DNA of 63,037 nucleotides, the filler included, from Basidiobolus ranarum (lineage: Eukaryota): NCBI GenBank assembly GCA_040143965.1. It is 41 parts of 41 records of this genome, joined end to end, with 100 filler letters (N's around TTAATTAATTAA, not from the genome) between each part and the next. Parts side by side here need not be neighbours in the genome. Positions count along the whole stretch, not along the records: positions 1 to 1,446 come from JASJQH010005163.1; positions 1,547 to 2,992 come from JASJQH010005164.1; positions 3,093 to 4,537 come from JASJQH010005165.1; positions 4,638 to 6,082 come from JASJQH010005166.1; positions 6,183 to 7,627 come from JASJQH010005167.1; positions 7,728 to 9,172 come from JASJQH010005168.1; positions 9,273 to 10,716 come from JASJQH010005169.1; positions 10,817 to 12,260 come from JASJQH010005170.1; 33 more parts are not named here. One strand, written 5' to 3'. Each line of letters starts with the position of its first letter. Position 1 is the stretch's first letter. The notes beneath the pieces were generated by a model. The model did not search any database and was not told where the DNA came from. It saw only the letters and a list, made by a program, of their open reading frames with translations. Both the position numbers and the translations under genes were made by a program. Below are positions 1 through 12,394 of this stretch, piece after piece.

Positions 1-1446
1 CTCTGAAATATTGAATCTGTTTAAAACATCTCCAATATATTTTTCTTGTGTAATACAGAGTGTTCCAATAGTAGATTTTGATGTATCTGCATTTGAAGAC
101 AATATGCTAATGATCAAAGTTCTTGCATTTCAAACTCTGTAGATTGCCAGGTCTTAGTTTGTTTCATCAGATTTAAACAACTACTAACTATTATCATATC
201 ATAAACATAGAGAGCAATTATGACTTTGATGGCTTTGATAGTCTAGAAGTATATGCACTGATCAGCTTTGCTTCAATGGAAAAGATGTTTCATGAAGATC
301 TGATTGATTTCCATATTCCATGCATAAGGAACCTGTTTCAGACCATATAGACTTCTCTGTAGTTTGCTTACTTGATGTTCCTTTCCTTTAACAATATATC
401 CCTATAGTTGATCCATATGTATATCTTCATCAATTTCTCCATTAAGAAATGCTGTCTTGACATTCATTTGTTCAATCAACATTCCTTTGTGGGTAGCAAT
501 GGCTAGGATATACTATAATTGAGGTAAACTTAGCAACAGGAGAAAATGGCTCATCATAATCAATGCCATTTTTCTGAGGATAGCCATTAACTACTAATAA
601 TGGTTTGTACCAATTGATAGCTCCATCTGAGTTAGGTTTCAGTTTCAGAACCCTCCATTTGGTTGCTTCATCAGATTTCAGAGCTTGTGTCAAATTTTCT
701 GGTTCAGAAAATGCTATATGTGCAGATGTATTCCACCCTTTTTCTGAATTGAAACTGTTGATTTCATGCTCTGATTTGAGACATCCAAAGTCCTTAGTGA
801 ATGGTCCAATGTTTCACTTACAGGATGTTTCTGATTTCCATTCTGTAGGATTCCTGAGACCTGATTGCCTGAATTTGTGATTGATTGAATACTTGCTCTG
901 ATTGATTGCATACTTCCAATAATTGATTGCACCCAATATCAGCCAAATTGAGAGTAGGATATCTCTTAGATATGTGATTAGTCAGAAAATTATTTCATTG
1001 TTTCTGAGTGCAAATTCCTGATTCCCAATTGGCTAGAAGAATTTCCTTTTTTGATTGCCATATTTTTCATTGGCAGAGATAATATACAGATTTCCAGAAA
1101 CTGGTTCCATATTATAAGTATCCTCAGAGCAATTATCAGGTTTTCTAGTATAAATTGGTGCATTCCAAGTGCAGCCTAATCTTTCACTACTTTATAGCTA
1201 CTTGATTCCAGAATATCATATAGTAGTTTGTTCTCCTTGGTTTCAGTACTTGTAGTGAAGTTTGAGACAGGATTATTGCTTGTTGGTTTTCTGCTAGGAA
1301 TAATCATCACAGGGATTGGTAATGATTTGAACTTTGTCATATATTCATGGGTGGCTGATATTTTAGACCTTGTCCCAGATGTGAAATGTACTAAATTTGG
1401 ATAATGTTGATAGATTGTTTCACATTCCAAATTTGGCCTAATTCCA
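1..1446 (-). mobile_element. Degenerate Ty1/copia pol fragment (IN-RT spacer and RT)
   Basis: KWRVLKLKPNSDG, GYPQKNGIDYDEPFSPVAKFTSI. Same family as 58535-59969 (shared IPSRKPTSNNPVSNFTT). Confidence 0.9.
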
Positions 1447-1546
1447 NNNNNNNNNNNNNNNNNNNNNNNNNNNNNNNNNNNNNNNNNNNNTTAATTAATT
1501 AANNNNNNNNNNNNNNNNNNNNNNNNNNNNNNNNNNNNNNNNNNNN
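1447..1546. other. Artificial contig spacer N44-TTAATTAATTAA-N44 (first of 40, recurring every 1546 to 1534 bp up to 61504-61603)
   Basis: Identical 100-bp unit with stops in all six frames. Spacing shrinks monotonically, so these are size-sorted unplaced contigs. Confidence 0.99.
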
Positions 1547-2992
1547 TAGCAGCCAGTCCTCAAAGTTATATGGACTTAGTGGTTTGACCAAAGTTGCATT
1601 TTGACTTACATCATTCTGGTCATATAACTGTGGTAACTTTACGGTATCTTGACTTATGGCTTTGTTACCAAAACTTGGAGGTAAACTACAGTCAGTGGAC
1701 TCAATGGGCAAAACTAAAGTTGATTTAGTGCACTTATTACTGTTGTTATACACCAGGCTTTGTGCAGCTGGAGGCTTTCTACAGTGCATGTGCTTGTGAT
1801 TATTTTTTCTATGAAGCCTCCAGCTTTCATAGCGCAAGAATTTGTGACAATAATAGCAGGGCTTCTTTTAATGTGTGTGTTCCAGCATGAGAAGGTATTG
1901 TAGAAAAAAGAACACATTCCATTTAAGAGTGGTATTTTAGGTATAGCCCATCAATATCTTCAGCTGATTCTGAGATGGTGTCACAGATGAGTCATCAGGA
2001 GATTTACACGATATTTCCTGTAATGGATGGCAATTTTGGTTTATTATAAGCTGTCTCTAAGCAATTACATTACACCAAGTTTACCATCTGAAAATTTCAA
2101 TGGCGTTCAAAAGGCATTAAAAATCCAAGTCAAAACTGGCTTCCAAGCCAAATCCTGCTGGCATGAAAGGAAAAGAACCAGCAAGAACAGAGGACCTAGT
2201 TGATGAGCAGTCTAGCAATCAACTATCCACTTTGGAAAGTATTAACAAGCCGGAAACTAACTAAAGTAATGATGAAGCATTAATCAATTTACTGGATGTG
2301 TTCCTCTTCAGCAATAGTCAAGTGAAGAGATTGCAATCCCATAATTACTTAGTAAATTAATAGTTGAGCAAAACTCAACCAATGCACCATCAAGACCATC
2401 AACTTCCAAAATAGCTACTTTGCCCACTATTGAACAACCCTCTATAGAAAATTTGGATAGAATCATTACAGAAAGGGAGTTGCAGGGAGAACACCATAAT
2501 GATTTGTATGCAATCATAAGTAAGAACTATGAAGTTGCTATACAGGCCATGACAAGCAATAATGCCACAATATTGCAATTAATGCAGCATTTGGAAGCAA
2601 CTGGTCAACAGTTAGAGAGTCACTCATTAATGATACAAAACCTTCAGAATGCTGTACTTGAGCTACAGCAACATGCTGCTCCCTCTGTCCTTCTCATATG
2701 GGATTTCAATCAATCCCACACCATACATATGAATGTCACCATGACAATCTAGCAGGGCAGAATATGTGCCAGACCTTTAAGCCTACAGAATGACTCAAAA
2801 TTGCTTGGGCACATGAAAGTAGAAATCTCATAGGAAAACCAGCAAACCAAAAGACTCTGAATGTCAGAGCTGCTGTCACTTGCTCTGATGATGAGTGGTT
2901 TAACATTTTGGAAACTGTGTGGAATCTTGCCCAAAATCACCTGGATTTGAGTCAATCATGGAAAAACCAAAAACCAGGCATTACTCTGAAGG
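1547..2992. mobile_element. CMC/CACTA-like element: transposase 5' end (-, ATG 1888), 211-bp intergenic region, ORF2 5' part (+, ATG 2100)
   Basis: Colinear with the copies at 16990-18432, 24700-26140 and 27782-29121. Multiple stops. Confidence 0.85.
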
Positions 2993-3092
2993 NNNNNNNN
3001 NNNNNNNNNNNNNNNNNNNNNNNNNNNNNNNNNNNNTTAATTAATTAANNNNNNNNNNNNNNNNNNNNNNNNNNNNNNNNNNNNNNNNNNNN

Positions 3093-4537
3093 AACAATGT
3101 AGTCAAGTACTGTGTATGCACAATTGGCAATCTCTGAATCAGGTAAATATTGTTCCTATTTGGCTGGCATACCATTGATTCCCATTGTGAAGTTTTCAAG
3201 TTTTGAGGAAATCTCACTAATGTAGATCATTGATCCAATACCAAAGCACTCACCATCAGGATGATGGAATTAGCAATATTCTTCATGGACAGCAATACCA
3301 ACACCTGAAAAATCAAGGTTTCTTTGAGAACACACATGAACATGCATTTGCATTGCCTCTGGATGGTTTCTGACCAAACAAATCTACTATTGGTAGGGCT
3401 TGCCAGCCAATATCTTCTATTAACTCCAATCTTCCTCCTTCTGGATGGTATCACAGTCATAATATTTTGATACTATCCATCATATCAGGACCTAAATCAC
3501 CAGTGCTTATAGATAGCTTCTTGATGCCTTTGATTGCAGGATTTGAATGGTTATCTGCTGTGGTTCATATGGGCAACCATTTCTTTCAAAGTACTATCAT
3601 TGTATCTATTAATGGCATTCCTGCCATGCATAAACTAGGAGGTTTTAGTGGACACAATGCACTAATGTGGTGTAGATTTTGTCAAATTGATGAAGTTTAC
3701 TCTATCAGGCATGCACATTATAACTATCCAAATACAACACAAAACTCTCTGTTTTTATCATCAAGATTCTAGCCAGATTTCAACATGCTTGCTGATATCA
3801 ATTCACCAAATAGTCAGTCTGACATCAAACTTGGCATTAGCCATAAACCTGAGATTATATTGCCAAAGGGGAAGAGCTGGAGCAAGAGCCTCCCATCAGG
3901 CTCCAAGCACTTACTATCTAACAGCATTCCAATACTACTTACTAAGCTTTCTAGTGGAGAATTCAATATGAATGAACCATTTAAGAATAGATCAATGTTT
4001 GATTTCATTGGAAAATTGCTAGAAAACATCAAGATGCTATGATATTTTATCAGGACTCCCATAAATGTCCACTCATATAGGCATTTGTTTGAATCAAAAG
4101 ACTGTAAGTATGGGACTTATATATTCAAGTGAAATCTTGTAAAGATTTCTGCCTGATAAGTATTGGCAGCATTGGGAGTTGTTTGTAGTTATTATTAATA
4201 AATCTTCATTGCAGCAACTCACATTGGCAGATCTAAGACAGATACAATAAATGAGCAAAGATTATGTATTTGAAAATGAAAAACCTTGTTACAAGTTTAA
4301 AGAAAATAGACTGAATCTATGCCAGTATTCAATACATTCACTGCTGCATCTTTCACAATGCTTAGAGATTATAGGCCCTTGGTATACATTGTGGGAGTTC
4401 CCAGTGGGGCACACCAGTGGTGAAATAAGGTTCCATGTGGAATCATCAATATTGCTGTTCATTAATCTGATTAATAATGTATCAGCAAAATCAATGATGG
4501 ATGTTCTGCAAGGGGATGCAGAGACTTCTAAATATAT
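3093..4537 (+). mobile_element. CMC/CACTA (Transposase_21/tnp2-like) transposase core, diverged copy
   Basis: LDGF, IISGPKSP, PAMHKLGGFSGHNA..CRFC, RLNLCQYSIHSLLHL..IGP..LWEFP motifs. Confidence 0.85.
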
Positions 4538-4637
4538 NNNNNNNNNNNNNNNNNNNNNNNNNNNNNNNNNNNNNNNNNNNNTTAATTAATTAANNNNNNN
4601 NNNNNNNNNNNNNNNNNNNNNNNNNNNNNNNNNNNNN

Positions 4638-5231
4638 GTAAAAGTGCTTGAGGAGTATTTTTGAAAGTATGAAGGGAAAAATGTAGTACAAGTATGCAGA
4701 AAGTGGCTTCAGAAGAAGAACATTCAACTAGACATTTAGTCTGGTGTTGACCATGCAGATATCTGGGAAGAACTTAATACAGAGTGGCACAATATTACAG
4801 GGTATCTGCCAGATAGCTGGAAGAATGTTGATTCAGCATTGTTAATACAATGGTGGGCTTTGATGGAGATATTGACACAAATTTGTGTTCGATATGAGCT
4901 AAACCTTGGGTATGAAGCACTCTATAAAATATTCAGGAGAATATATCAAAGAACTAGGAATTTTGAAGGTGACAAATTAGCATTTAAGTGGTAAATGTGT
5001 AAAATTTGAGTTACATTTTTTGCACATGCATTGATCCATAGTTCTCTGAGATTGTAGTCAATCATGTGCAACTATTTTGCAAGATCTTAAAATTTCACTC
5101 CTGAAACTGAAAAATTGATTAATATTAAATTTAACTTCACAATTTTATGATGGTAAGTAAACAATCAATCCCAAATGGATTAAAACTGTGACCATTTTCC
5201 TACAATAACAACCCTCAAACTTCTTTTAGGG
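4638..5231. mobile_element. CACTA-like element left end, containing the ORF2 C-terminus (+, stop 4992-4994) and terminus ...TTAGGG at 5231
   Basis: Frame VKVLEEYF...RRIYQRTRNFEGDKLAFKW* with 2 internal stops. Subterminal region matches 10817-10958, 18533-18865 and 61604-61764. Confidence 0.8.
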
Positions 5232-5860
5232 GACATAAATAATCTCAATTCAGATGAATTCTGATGATTCTATATTTTATCATATAATTTGGATAAAAAC
5301 TATGGCAGATCAGCTCTCATCCATTGAAGTACCTCTAAATGAAGATGGCTTGGTCATGACACTACTTGGGAGCCTGCCAGACAAGTTTGCAAACCTCATA
5401 GTAGTCCTAGTATTTAGATCAGAGCCATCAACAATGGAATATGATGGTTCTAGGCTTTTGAATGAGGAATTAAGGAGATCTGATTCTCAGCAAAATATTG
5501 CAGATCAGGCATTTTTTTGAGCTATAAAACATCCTACAGGCTTCAACAGTGGTGCCTCTAATTGGAAATCAATCACCAGCAAGTACAGCAAGAAACCATG
5601 ACATTGAATCAAAGATTACAGAAACAGGATTTTTGCCAACGAGCTAAAATTGGAACAAGCAAATGAAGGAAGCACTGATAGGAATCACTTATTTATGTCT
5701 GCCCTATCAGTAACCACTAAGGAAAACTCAGAAATGTGGCACATTGATTCAGGAGCTTCCCAGCATATATTAAACAGGAAAGAGTGGTTTTCCTGCTTAA
5801 AACCCATCCAAACAAGGGAAATCCACTTGGGAGATGACTATACACTAGTGTTACTTTTCT
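5232..5860 (+). mobile_element. Ty1/copia gag-protease fragment
   Basis: LVMTLLGSLPDKF..RLLNEE (gag) and WHIDSGASQH (protease). Same family as the gag at 53395. Confidence 0.85.
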
Positions 5861-6082
5861 TCTTAAAGTGCTTTTGACCTTTATAGGAAGGTTTCCCATA
5901 GCCTATTAAAGAAATTTCTTCATTCTTTTGGTTGGATCCTGATTTGCATAAATCTTCATCCTGAAGTCTGCCAAATACATAACTCAAGGTCAAATATTCA
6001 GTTCTTGAATCTAGAGCCATTACTAGGCTCAGATACTTGTGTGGCAGGCTATTCAGGACTGTAACTTTGATATCTTGATCAG
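5861..6082 (-). mobile_element. Copia gag fragment of a second family (LTR-C family)
   Basis: LNSLPHKYLSLVMALDS..GRLQDED, similar to 31100-31300. Confidence 0.7.
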
Positions 6083-6182
6083 NNNNNNNNNNNNNNNNNN
6101 NNNNNNNNNNNNNNNNNNNNNNNNNNTTAATTAATTAANNNNNNNNNNNNNNNNNNNNNNNNNNNNNNNNNNNNNNNNNNNN

Positions 6183-7169
6183 CCCAATGGAGAGCACCTG
6201 TGGTAAATGATGCTTCATGTGAAATAGTCAGTATTACCAAATGCTAATCTGACTAACAAAGTATCAGCAAAATCAGTAATGGATGTAATGCAATGGGTTA
6301 AGGAGAATCTGAGTGTACTAATATTCCAACAAAGGGCTCTGTTCAATGCACTCACAGGTTTTACATTGTTTGAGCACAATAGCAGCAACAAAGCTCAATC
6401 CATGGACCCAGAGTAAGTACCCCTATAATTTGGAATAATTTGTTTGTGTAATCTTCTGACGGTATTTTTAGCAAAGCTGCAAGACAGACTTCTTGGTGAG
6501 AGAGATCAAGATGTACAGTATCATCATTTTAGCCATGGGGTAATCTACTCAAACAATGACACATCTACTTGTGACAGGACACTTATTGACTGCAAGTTGG
6601 GGATATATTGGCTGAATTCTTTATCACAATTTGCCAAAATTCAAGAGCTTAATTGCATTGTGAATGGTAGCAAGAGTCAGCTATTTGCCAAGTGTCAGTG
6701 CTATTCAAAATTCCAGATGTTTAGCAATTTTTTCACTGTTAGTTTGCTGGTAAAGCATATTGATGTTGTTGAGTTATGTCAAATCAGTCAAGTACGTGCA
6801 TATGTAGAGACTAAACACAACAAGAATCTTGTATTTTTTGATTCTCATTATGGCTGAAATACAAAGCCTAAAATATCAAAATAAAGGCATGCACATTGAT
6901 TCAAATTCATATGGCAGTAAATGCAGCAATTTGCCATTTGAAAATTATAATTTTGCAAAAATGGCCAGATATTGAATAACTATGCCAAATTTGAGGATCA
7001 ATATTTCAACATGTATGAATACTGTCAAAATACCATCAAGAAACTGCTATCACACCATTAAAATTCCTGGTGGAATGCAAGCCACCAATATTGCAACAAT
7101 TCTATGATGGTGTTGCTATTTCAGTGCATGGATCTGATCAGGAGCAAATCAATTTTATTTTGGTCAGGG
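6183..7169 (+). mobile_element. CACTA-like element 3' part and right terminus
   Basis: PMESTCG, intron GTAAGT..TTTTAG, C-terminus VETKHNK.LVFFDSHYG, end ...TGGTCAGGG at 7169. Confidence 0.85.
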
Positions 7170-7627
7170 TCCATCAGGCATATGCATTACTACTATCCAA
7201 ACACAAAACTAAGCTCCATGATTTTACCAGTGGGAGCCTGGTAAGATTTGAACATGACAACTGATTTCAATTCACCAAATAGTTTCTTCAGCATCAAACT
7301 TGGTATTGGCATTAGCCTAAGATTATATTTGCTAAAAGGGATCAGCTGGTGCCAGAGCTTCCCATTGGGCACTATGCACTTACTATTGAACAACATTCCA
7401 ATAACACGTACTCAGCTATATAGTGGAAAATTCAATATAACACAGCAATCTGAGATAGGAACAAAGTTTGAATTGATTGGTAAAATGCATGAAAACTTCA
7501 AAATACCATCATATTTTACCAGGACTCCCATCAATATCTATGATCTATGCATTTTTTCTATTGCAAAGACTGGAAGTGTTAGATTTCAATATATCAAGTG
7601 TAATCTTGAAAAGATTTCTGTGCAATA
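7170..7627 (+). mobile_element. Internal transposase fragment of the same family, into which the preceding copy is inserted
   Basis: ISWCQSFPLGTMHLLLNNIP, KIPSYFTRTPINI. Begins immediately after the other copy's terminus. Confidence 0.8.
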
Positions 7628-7727
7628 NNNNNNNNNNNNNNNNNNNNNNNNNNNNNNNNNNNNNNNNNNNNTTAATTAATTAANNNNNNNNNNNNNNNNN
7701 NNNNNNNNNNNNNNNNNNNNNNNNNNN

Positions 7728-8710
7728 TAGACTTTGTGTTCAGATGCAGTCACCATACTCCATATTTTCCTCTTTGGGAATTACTGCTTGTACCACAAGT
7801 CACCAGACTTTCAACAAGATACAAGTTTCAAAAGAGTAATACTAGCTATAGTATCTATTTCAGGCCAGATAGGACAAGCCCTGCTTGATTAGCCTTCAAC
7901 ATAATGAATTTTATTAAAGCAACTATGGATTTGAAGACTCTGAAGAATACCCATTCTTACTGATCTGCCAAATTTCAACTTACTGACCTTATTGAGCTGA
8001 TGTATCATCTAAGATTATAGTCCAGTATCTGTCCCAATGGAGGCAAATCTCAAATTGATCAAAGATGGTGCAAATCAGATGTTCTTATATCCAAATGAAG
8101 GTAGAAACTTCCATATCAATCTATGATTGATAATTTTCATGGATTTCAAGGTTGCAACAAGGCTCTATACTGAATACTGTGTAGGAGTTAAGTGCTAATA
8201 TCTTAAATTTATGGATATTATCCAAACATAGCAGTTTAGTGGATTTTGAGATATTTCAAAGATACTGTGGATCTCTGCTAAAGTCCACATATTCTAAATC
8301 ATACTTTGATCTAATGAGATATTAAGATGTAAATTGAGGAAGAGATATTGAAGACAGGTGATGTACCACAGGATATTTATTTCTTTTCTGTCATGGAGCT
8401 ATTTCTTGGAATTAAGAAAAACAACATACCATTGCACTTTCAGCAACAGAAGCAGAATGCATGGTTGCTTGTGTATTAACAATAGATCCAATATGGCTGA
8501 GAAAACTCATAACAGATTTGGCCTACTCTCAAAATTCACCAACAACAATATTTATAGATATTCAAAGCTTTATGGAATTAGCTGGATAACCCATGTTTCA
8601 TACTAGAAGCAAACATATAGATGCTAGACATATTTTATCTGAGAAACTATCAAGAATAAGTTTATTGTCTTAACTTATTGTTCTACAGAAAACATGATTG
8701 CTGATGTATT
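7728..8710 (+). mobile_element. Highly degenerate copia RT/RNase H
   Basis: GAISWN.KQHTIALS.TEAE, FHTRSKHIDARH, ENMIADVF remnants. Confidence 0.8.
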
Positions 8711-8920
8711 TGTTGATATTAGCATTGTCCAAGCACCTAAATAGTTATACATCACTTGGTATTTAGGTATCTTATATTTCACAAAGATTTTATCCATTAT
8801 TCTCAATTGGAACTTACTTGGAATATTTTTACAAACTTAGAAGTTCTCAGATATATAGATTTTTCAAACTTGTGCTAAAAGCCTCAAACTTTGCCCACAT
8901 GTTCCAGGGACCTTTGCTAA
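8711..8920 (+). repeat. LTR-C 5' fragment
   Basis: Starts TGTTGATATTAGCATTG and aligns to 54387-54725. Confidence 0.75.
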
Positions 8921-9060
8921 GGCACTTTGTTCTTTTTTAACCTGGAGTTAAGGTTTGGTTTCAGATAGTTTTGCATTGCTTTCTTCTCCTAAAGTAGTAT
9001 CCCTAAGATCTTTTTCTTCCAGTAACATTTTGATTATGATTTTCCAAACTTGAAAAATTT

Positions 9061-9172
9061 TGTGGGAGGATCTTGACGTAATGGGGGTAGACTTTGAGTA
9101 TTAGAAGCAACTTATGATAGTGTGTTTTAGTTACTTTGTTCTTAAGAGTATATGGTGACTTATATAGTGGAA
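9061..9172 (-). repeat. LTR-D 3' fragment
   Basis: Reverse complement of the end of 49807-50122. Confidence 0.75.
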
Positions 9173-9272
9173 NNNNNNNNNNNNNNNNNNNNNNNNNNNN
9201 NNNNNNNNNNNNNNNNTTAATTAATTAANNNNNNNNNNNNNNNNNNNNNNNNNNNNNNNNNNNNNNNNNNNN

Positions 9273-9383
9273 CCACCAAAATGTATAAATGCTTAATTTC
9301 TGGTCAATAAATAAATATCTCACAAAGCTATTCACAACTCCACTTTTCTAAAGTTCCTCCAAACAGCCCATATTTTCCCAATA
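9273..9383 (+). repeat. LTR-B 3' fragment
   Basis: Matches the 3' end of 55864-56241. Confidence 0.75.
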
Positions 9384-10353
9384 TTAACATGCTGCTACAA
9401 GGAAAAGAACTTTAAAGCACTTTTGTAGGAAAAGAAACAATGCATAAGTATCCAAAAACAAAGTTTTACTCCAGGTTAAAAAAGAACAAAGTACCTTCAA
9501 CACAATTTGTCTTAATGTCAGAGACTTTGGGATACTGTTGTAGGAGAAGAAAACCATGCAAACCTTTCTGAACCCAAAGTTTTACTCCAGGTTGAAAAAG
9601 AACAAAATGCTTTTAACACAACTTTTCTTAATATCAGAGAAAAATTGCTAATTCAATGTGCAGGAGCCAAGACTGCTAAGAAGATATGAAAAGCCTTGGA
9701 AGACATCTACAAATAGTGTTTTACTGCTAACAAGATGTTTCTAAGAAGACAATTCTCAAACTTAAACACACAGCCAGGAGGAGACATTAAATCACTAATT
9801 TGGGGAGTCACTCTTTTTGTGATGAAATGAAATACATTGGAGTACCTACTACTGATCAGGATATTATAATTAAGTCCAGAATAGCCTGCCACATAAGTTT
9901 TACAGCCTAGTTATGGCTCAGGAGTCAAGAACTGAAAATTTGACCTTAAATTTTGCAGTTGGTAGAAATCTAGATGAAGATTTACATTTATTAATATACA
10001 ACCAACATTATGAAGAAAATGCTCTAATAGGCTAATGGAAACCTTTCAATAAGGGTCAAAAGTTCATTGAGAAGATAAGTGTTATATTCAGTGGTAACTG
10101 TAAAAGCACTGGCTACTTAAGCAAAGATTGCCTTAAAAGAATTGCAAAAGAAGAAAAAATTACTAAATCTGTAAGTGTGGTTAAAACAAAATATCACTTA
10201 TTCATATATGCTCTCTCTGTGGCTATCAACAAGGATTCTCAGATGTGGTATATTGATTCTGGAGCCTCTCAACATTTCACAAATGAAAAACATTGGTTAG
10301 TGGATTATAAAAATCTTAATTACAAAGATTTTCATGGGAGATGACCATATATT
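9384..10353 (+). mobile_element. Copia gag-protease fragment (LTR-C family) with an internal tandem duplication
   Basis: CGNCKSTGYLSKDC zinc-knuckle remnant, WYIDSGASQHF. Homologous to 30862-31892. Confidence 0.8.
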
Positions 10354-10494
10354 TGTTGAAGTTTATTGTCTTTATCATATTTTTTATCTCTATCTTTATA
10401 CACCTTACTATTTCATATAGCACATATAAGTTAGTAAACATTCCTTAGTCAAATATCACCTAACTGAAAATCTGAGCATATATTATATATATAT
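10354..10494 (+). repeat. LTR-B 5' part, interrupted in its (TA)n tract by a CACTA-like left end
   Basis: TGTTGAAGTTTATTGTC start, matches 55864 onward. Confidence 0.8.
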
Positions 10495-10716
10495 CCCTAA
10501 CAGAAATTTGAGGATTGTTATTGTAGGAAAACCATCACAATTTTAATCCATTTGGGGTTGACTGTTTACTTACCGTCATAAAAACGTCAAGTTAGATTTG
10601 ATTTCAATCAATTTTTTCAGTTTCAGGAGTGAAATTTCAAGATCTTGCAAAATAGTTGCAAATGATTGGCTAAAATCTCAGAGAACTATGGATCAACACA
10701 TGTGCAAAAAACGTAA
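10495..10716 (+). mobile_element. CACTA-like left terminus (CCCTAACAGAAAT...)
   Basis: Sharp boundary shared with 4 other left-end copies. Confidence 0.9.
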
Positions 10717-10816
10717 NNNNNNNNNNNNNNNNNNNNNNNNNNNNNNNNNNNNNNNNNNNNTTAATTAATTAANNNNNNNNNNNNNNNNNNNNNNNNNNNN
10801 NNNNNNNNNNNNNNNN

Positions 10817-10958
10817 AATTTCACTCCTGAAACTGAAAAAATTGATTAAAATCAAATCTAACTTGACGTTTTTATGACGGTAAGTAAACGGTCAACCCCA
10901 AATGGATTAAAATTGTGATGGTTTTCCTACGATAACGATCCTCAAATTTCTGTTAGGG
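10817..10958 (-). mobile_element. CACTA-like left terminus, least decayed copy (retains CpGs)
   Basis: Ends ATTTCTGTTAGGG at 10958 and abuts copia RT. Confidence 0.9.
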
Positions 10959-11628
10959 TGATGTAAATGGGTGTTTAAAGTTAAACAGCAAGCTGACCAA
11001 TCTGTAGAGAGATATAAAGCCAGACTTATGGCTAAATGATACTCTCAAATGGAAGGAGTGGACTGCAATGAAACATTTGCTCCTGTAGCAAAGTTTTATT
11101 CCATCAGAACTGTACTAGCAGTATCAGAAAAACACAGCTTAAAATCCATCAAATGGATGTTAAAGCTGCTTCTGTGAATGGGGACTTAGCAGAGGATATC
11201 TTCATGGATTAGCCAGATGGTTTTGTGGATCCTGAGTTCCTTGAGGAGGTGTGTAAGCTACAAAAATCACTTCATGGACTTAAATAATCACCCAGGGTCT
11301 GGTACAATAAGATAGACACATAATTGGAATCAGTTGATTTCCAAAAGAGTATGGTGGGATTTGGGATCTACTTTATGAGAGATAAGGACCATAAGATGAT
11401 ATTTGCCTTATGTGTTGATGATCTGATTATAGCTATCAATAATGATGAAGCTCTCAGGATCACGAAAAAGTCATCTATCAGTCCAACTCAAGATGACTAA
11501 TTTAGGTAAATGTAGATATTTTTTAGACCTGCAGATCCTTACAGATATATTGAGCAAATATATTACTCTGAATCAATGTAAATACATCTCAGACATTCTC
11601 AGACATTATGGGATGGAGAATTGCAAGC
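10959..11628 (+). mobile_element. Copia RT fragment
   Basis: CKWVFKVK, ERYKARLMAK, ETFAPVAK, HQMDVKAA, LCVDDLII. Confidence 0.9.
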
Positions 11629-12260
11629 TGTTGTGCACCAACATACAAAGTTGTTTAAACTTATGCCCTATCTATACAACTTATTTGAAAATCTCTTTGG
11701 TTTATGATTATTGCTAGCTAGTCACCTGACCTTATCCAGTGACTTTATCATGTGACCTATCACCTGACTAACTATTTATTTGCTTATCCCTTCTGTCAGA
11801 TCATAGGACCAATCACATGATCATTATTTAATCAGTATTAACCTCTGAGTCATCTGCCTAGACACAAGTCAATTGGTGTTACAAGATTCATAACCAATGA
11901 TCTTTCACTGCCAAGACTTCAGCTGATGCATGACTCACTTATCAATCTATATATCTATCCAATCACATTTTCATCTATCAGAATTAGTCATCTAATATCT
12001 TGGCACTGACTAATTCACTTTGCTATCAAAAAGTATAAATAAAGCTAACTGAACCTTTTGATTTAGTGTTTGTCCCAACAAATATAGGATCTCAACACTT
12101 CTCAGTGTTTCTCAACAAATTCAATATTCCCCTCTCATTTCTATCCAAGCCTAGTATCCACTAGCACCTACAGAACACCAAGCCTAGCTGCCTAGCAAAC
12201 CTACTCTCTACTGTAACATAGCAACCCACTGCTATTCCCAAGACATATATTAGTTAGATC
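11629..12260 (+). repeat. LTR-F-like repeat (TGTTGTGCACC...), second copy at 13693-13803
   Basis: Identical start boundary in two different copia targets, TG start, TATAAATAAA inside. The 3' end is not seen. Confidence 0.6.
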
Positions 12261-12381
12261 NNNNNNNNNNNNNNNNNNNNNNNNNNNNNNNNNNNNNNNN
12301 NNNNTTAATTAATTAANNNNNNNNNNNNNNNNNNNNNNNNNNNNNNNNNNNNNNNNNNNNAGTCTACAGGCAAGTATAAGT

Positions 12382-12392
12382 AGTCTGATCAA
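12382..12392 (-). promoter_or_regulatory. Putative self-priming primer binding site TTGATCAGACT
   Basis: 2 nt downstream of the LTR end. Perfect 11-nt complement of LTR bases 12551-12541, which start 34 nt downstream of the TATA box. Confidence 0.7.
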
Positions 12393-12394
12393 AC

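Noticed and set aside
10495..10500. Element termini equal one telomere repeat (CCCTAA/TTAGGG)
   Set aside because: Only a single unit with no arrays. CCCTA already fits the CMC consensus CMCWR, one base from CACTA.
10495..10958. Apparent MITE with ~140-bp inverted repeats
   Set aside because: The two arms are on different contigs either side of a linker, and both are left ends of the larger element.
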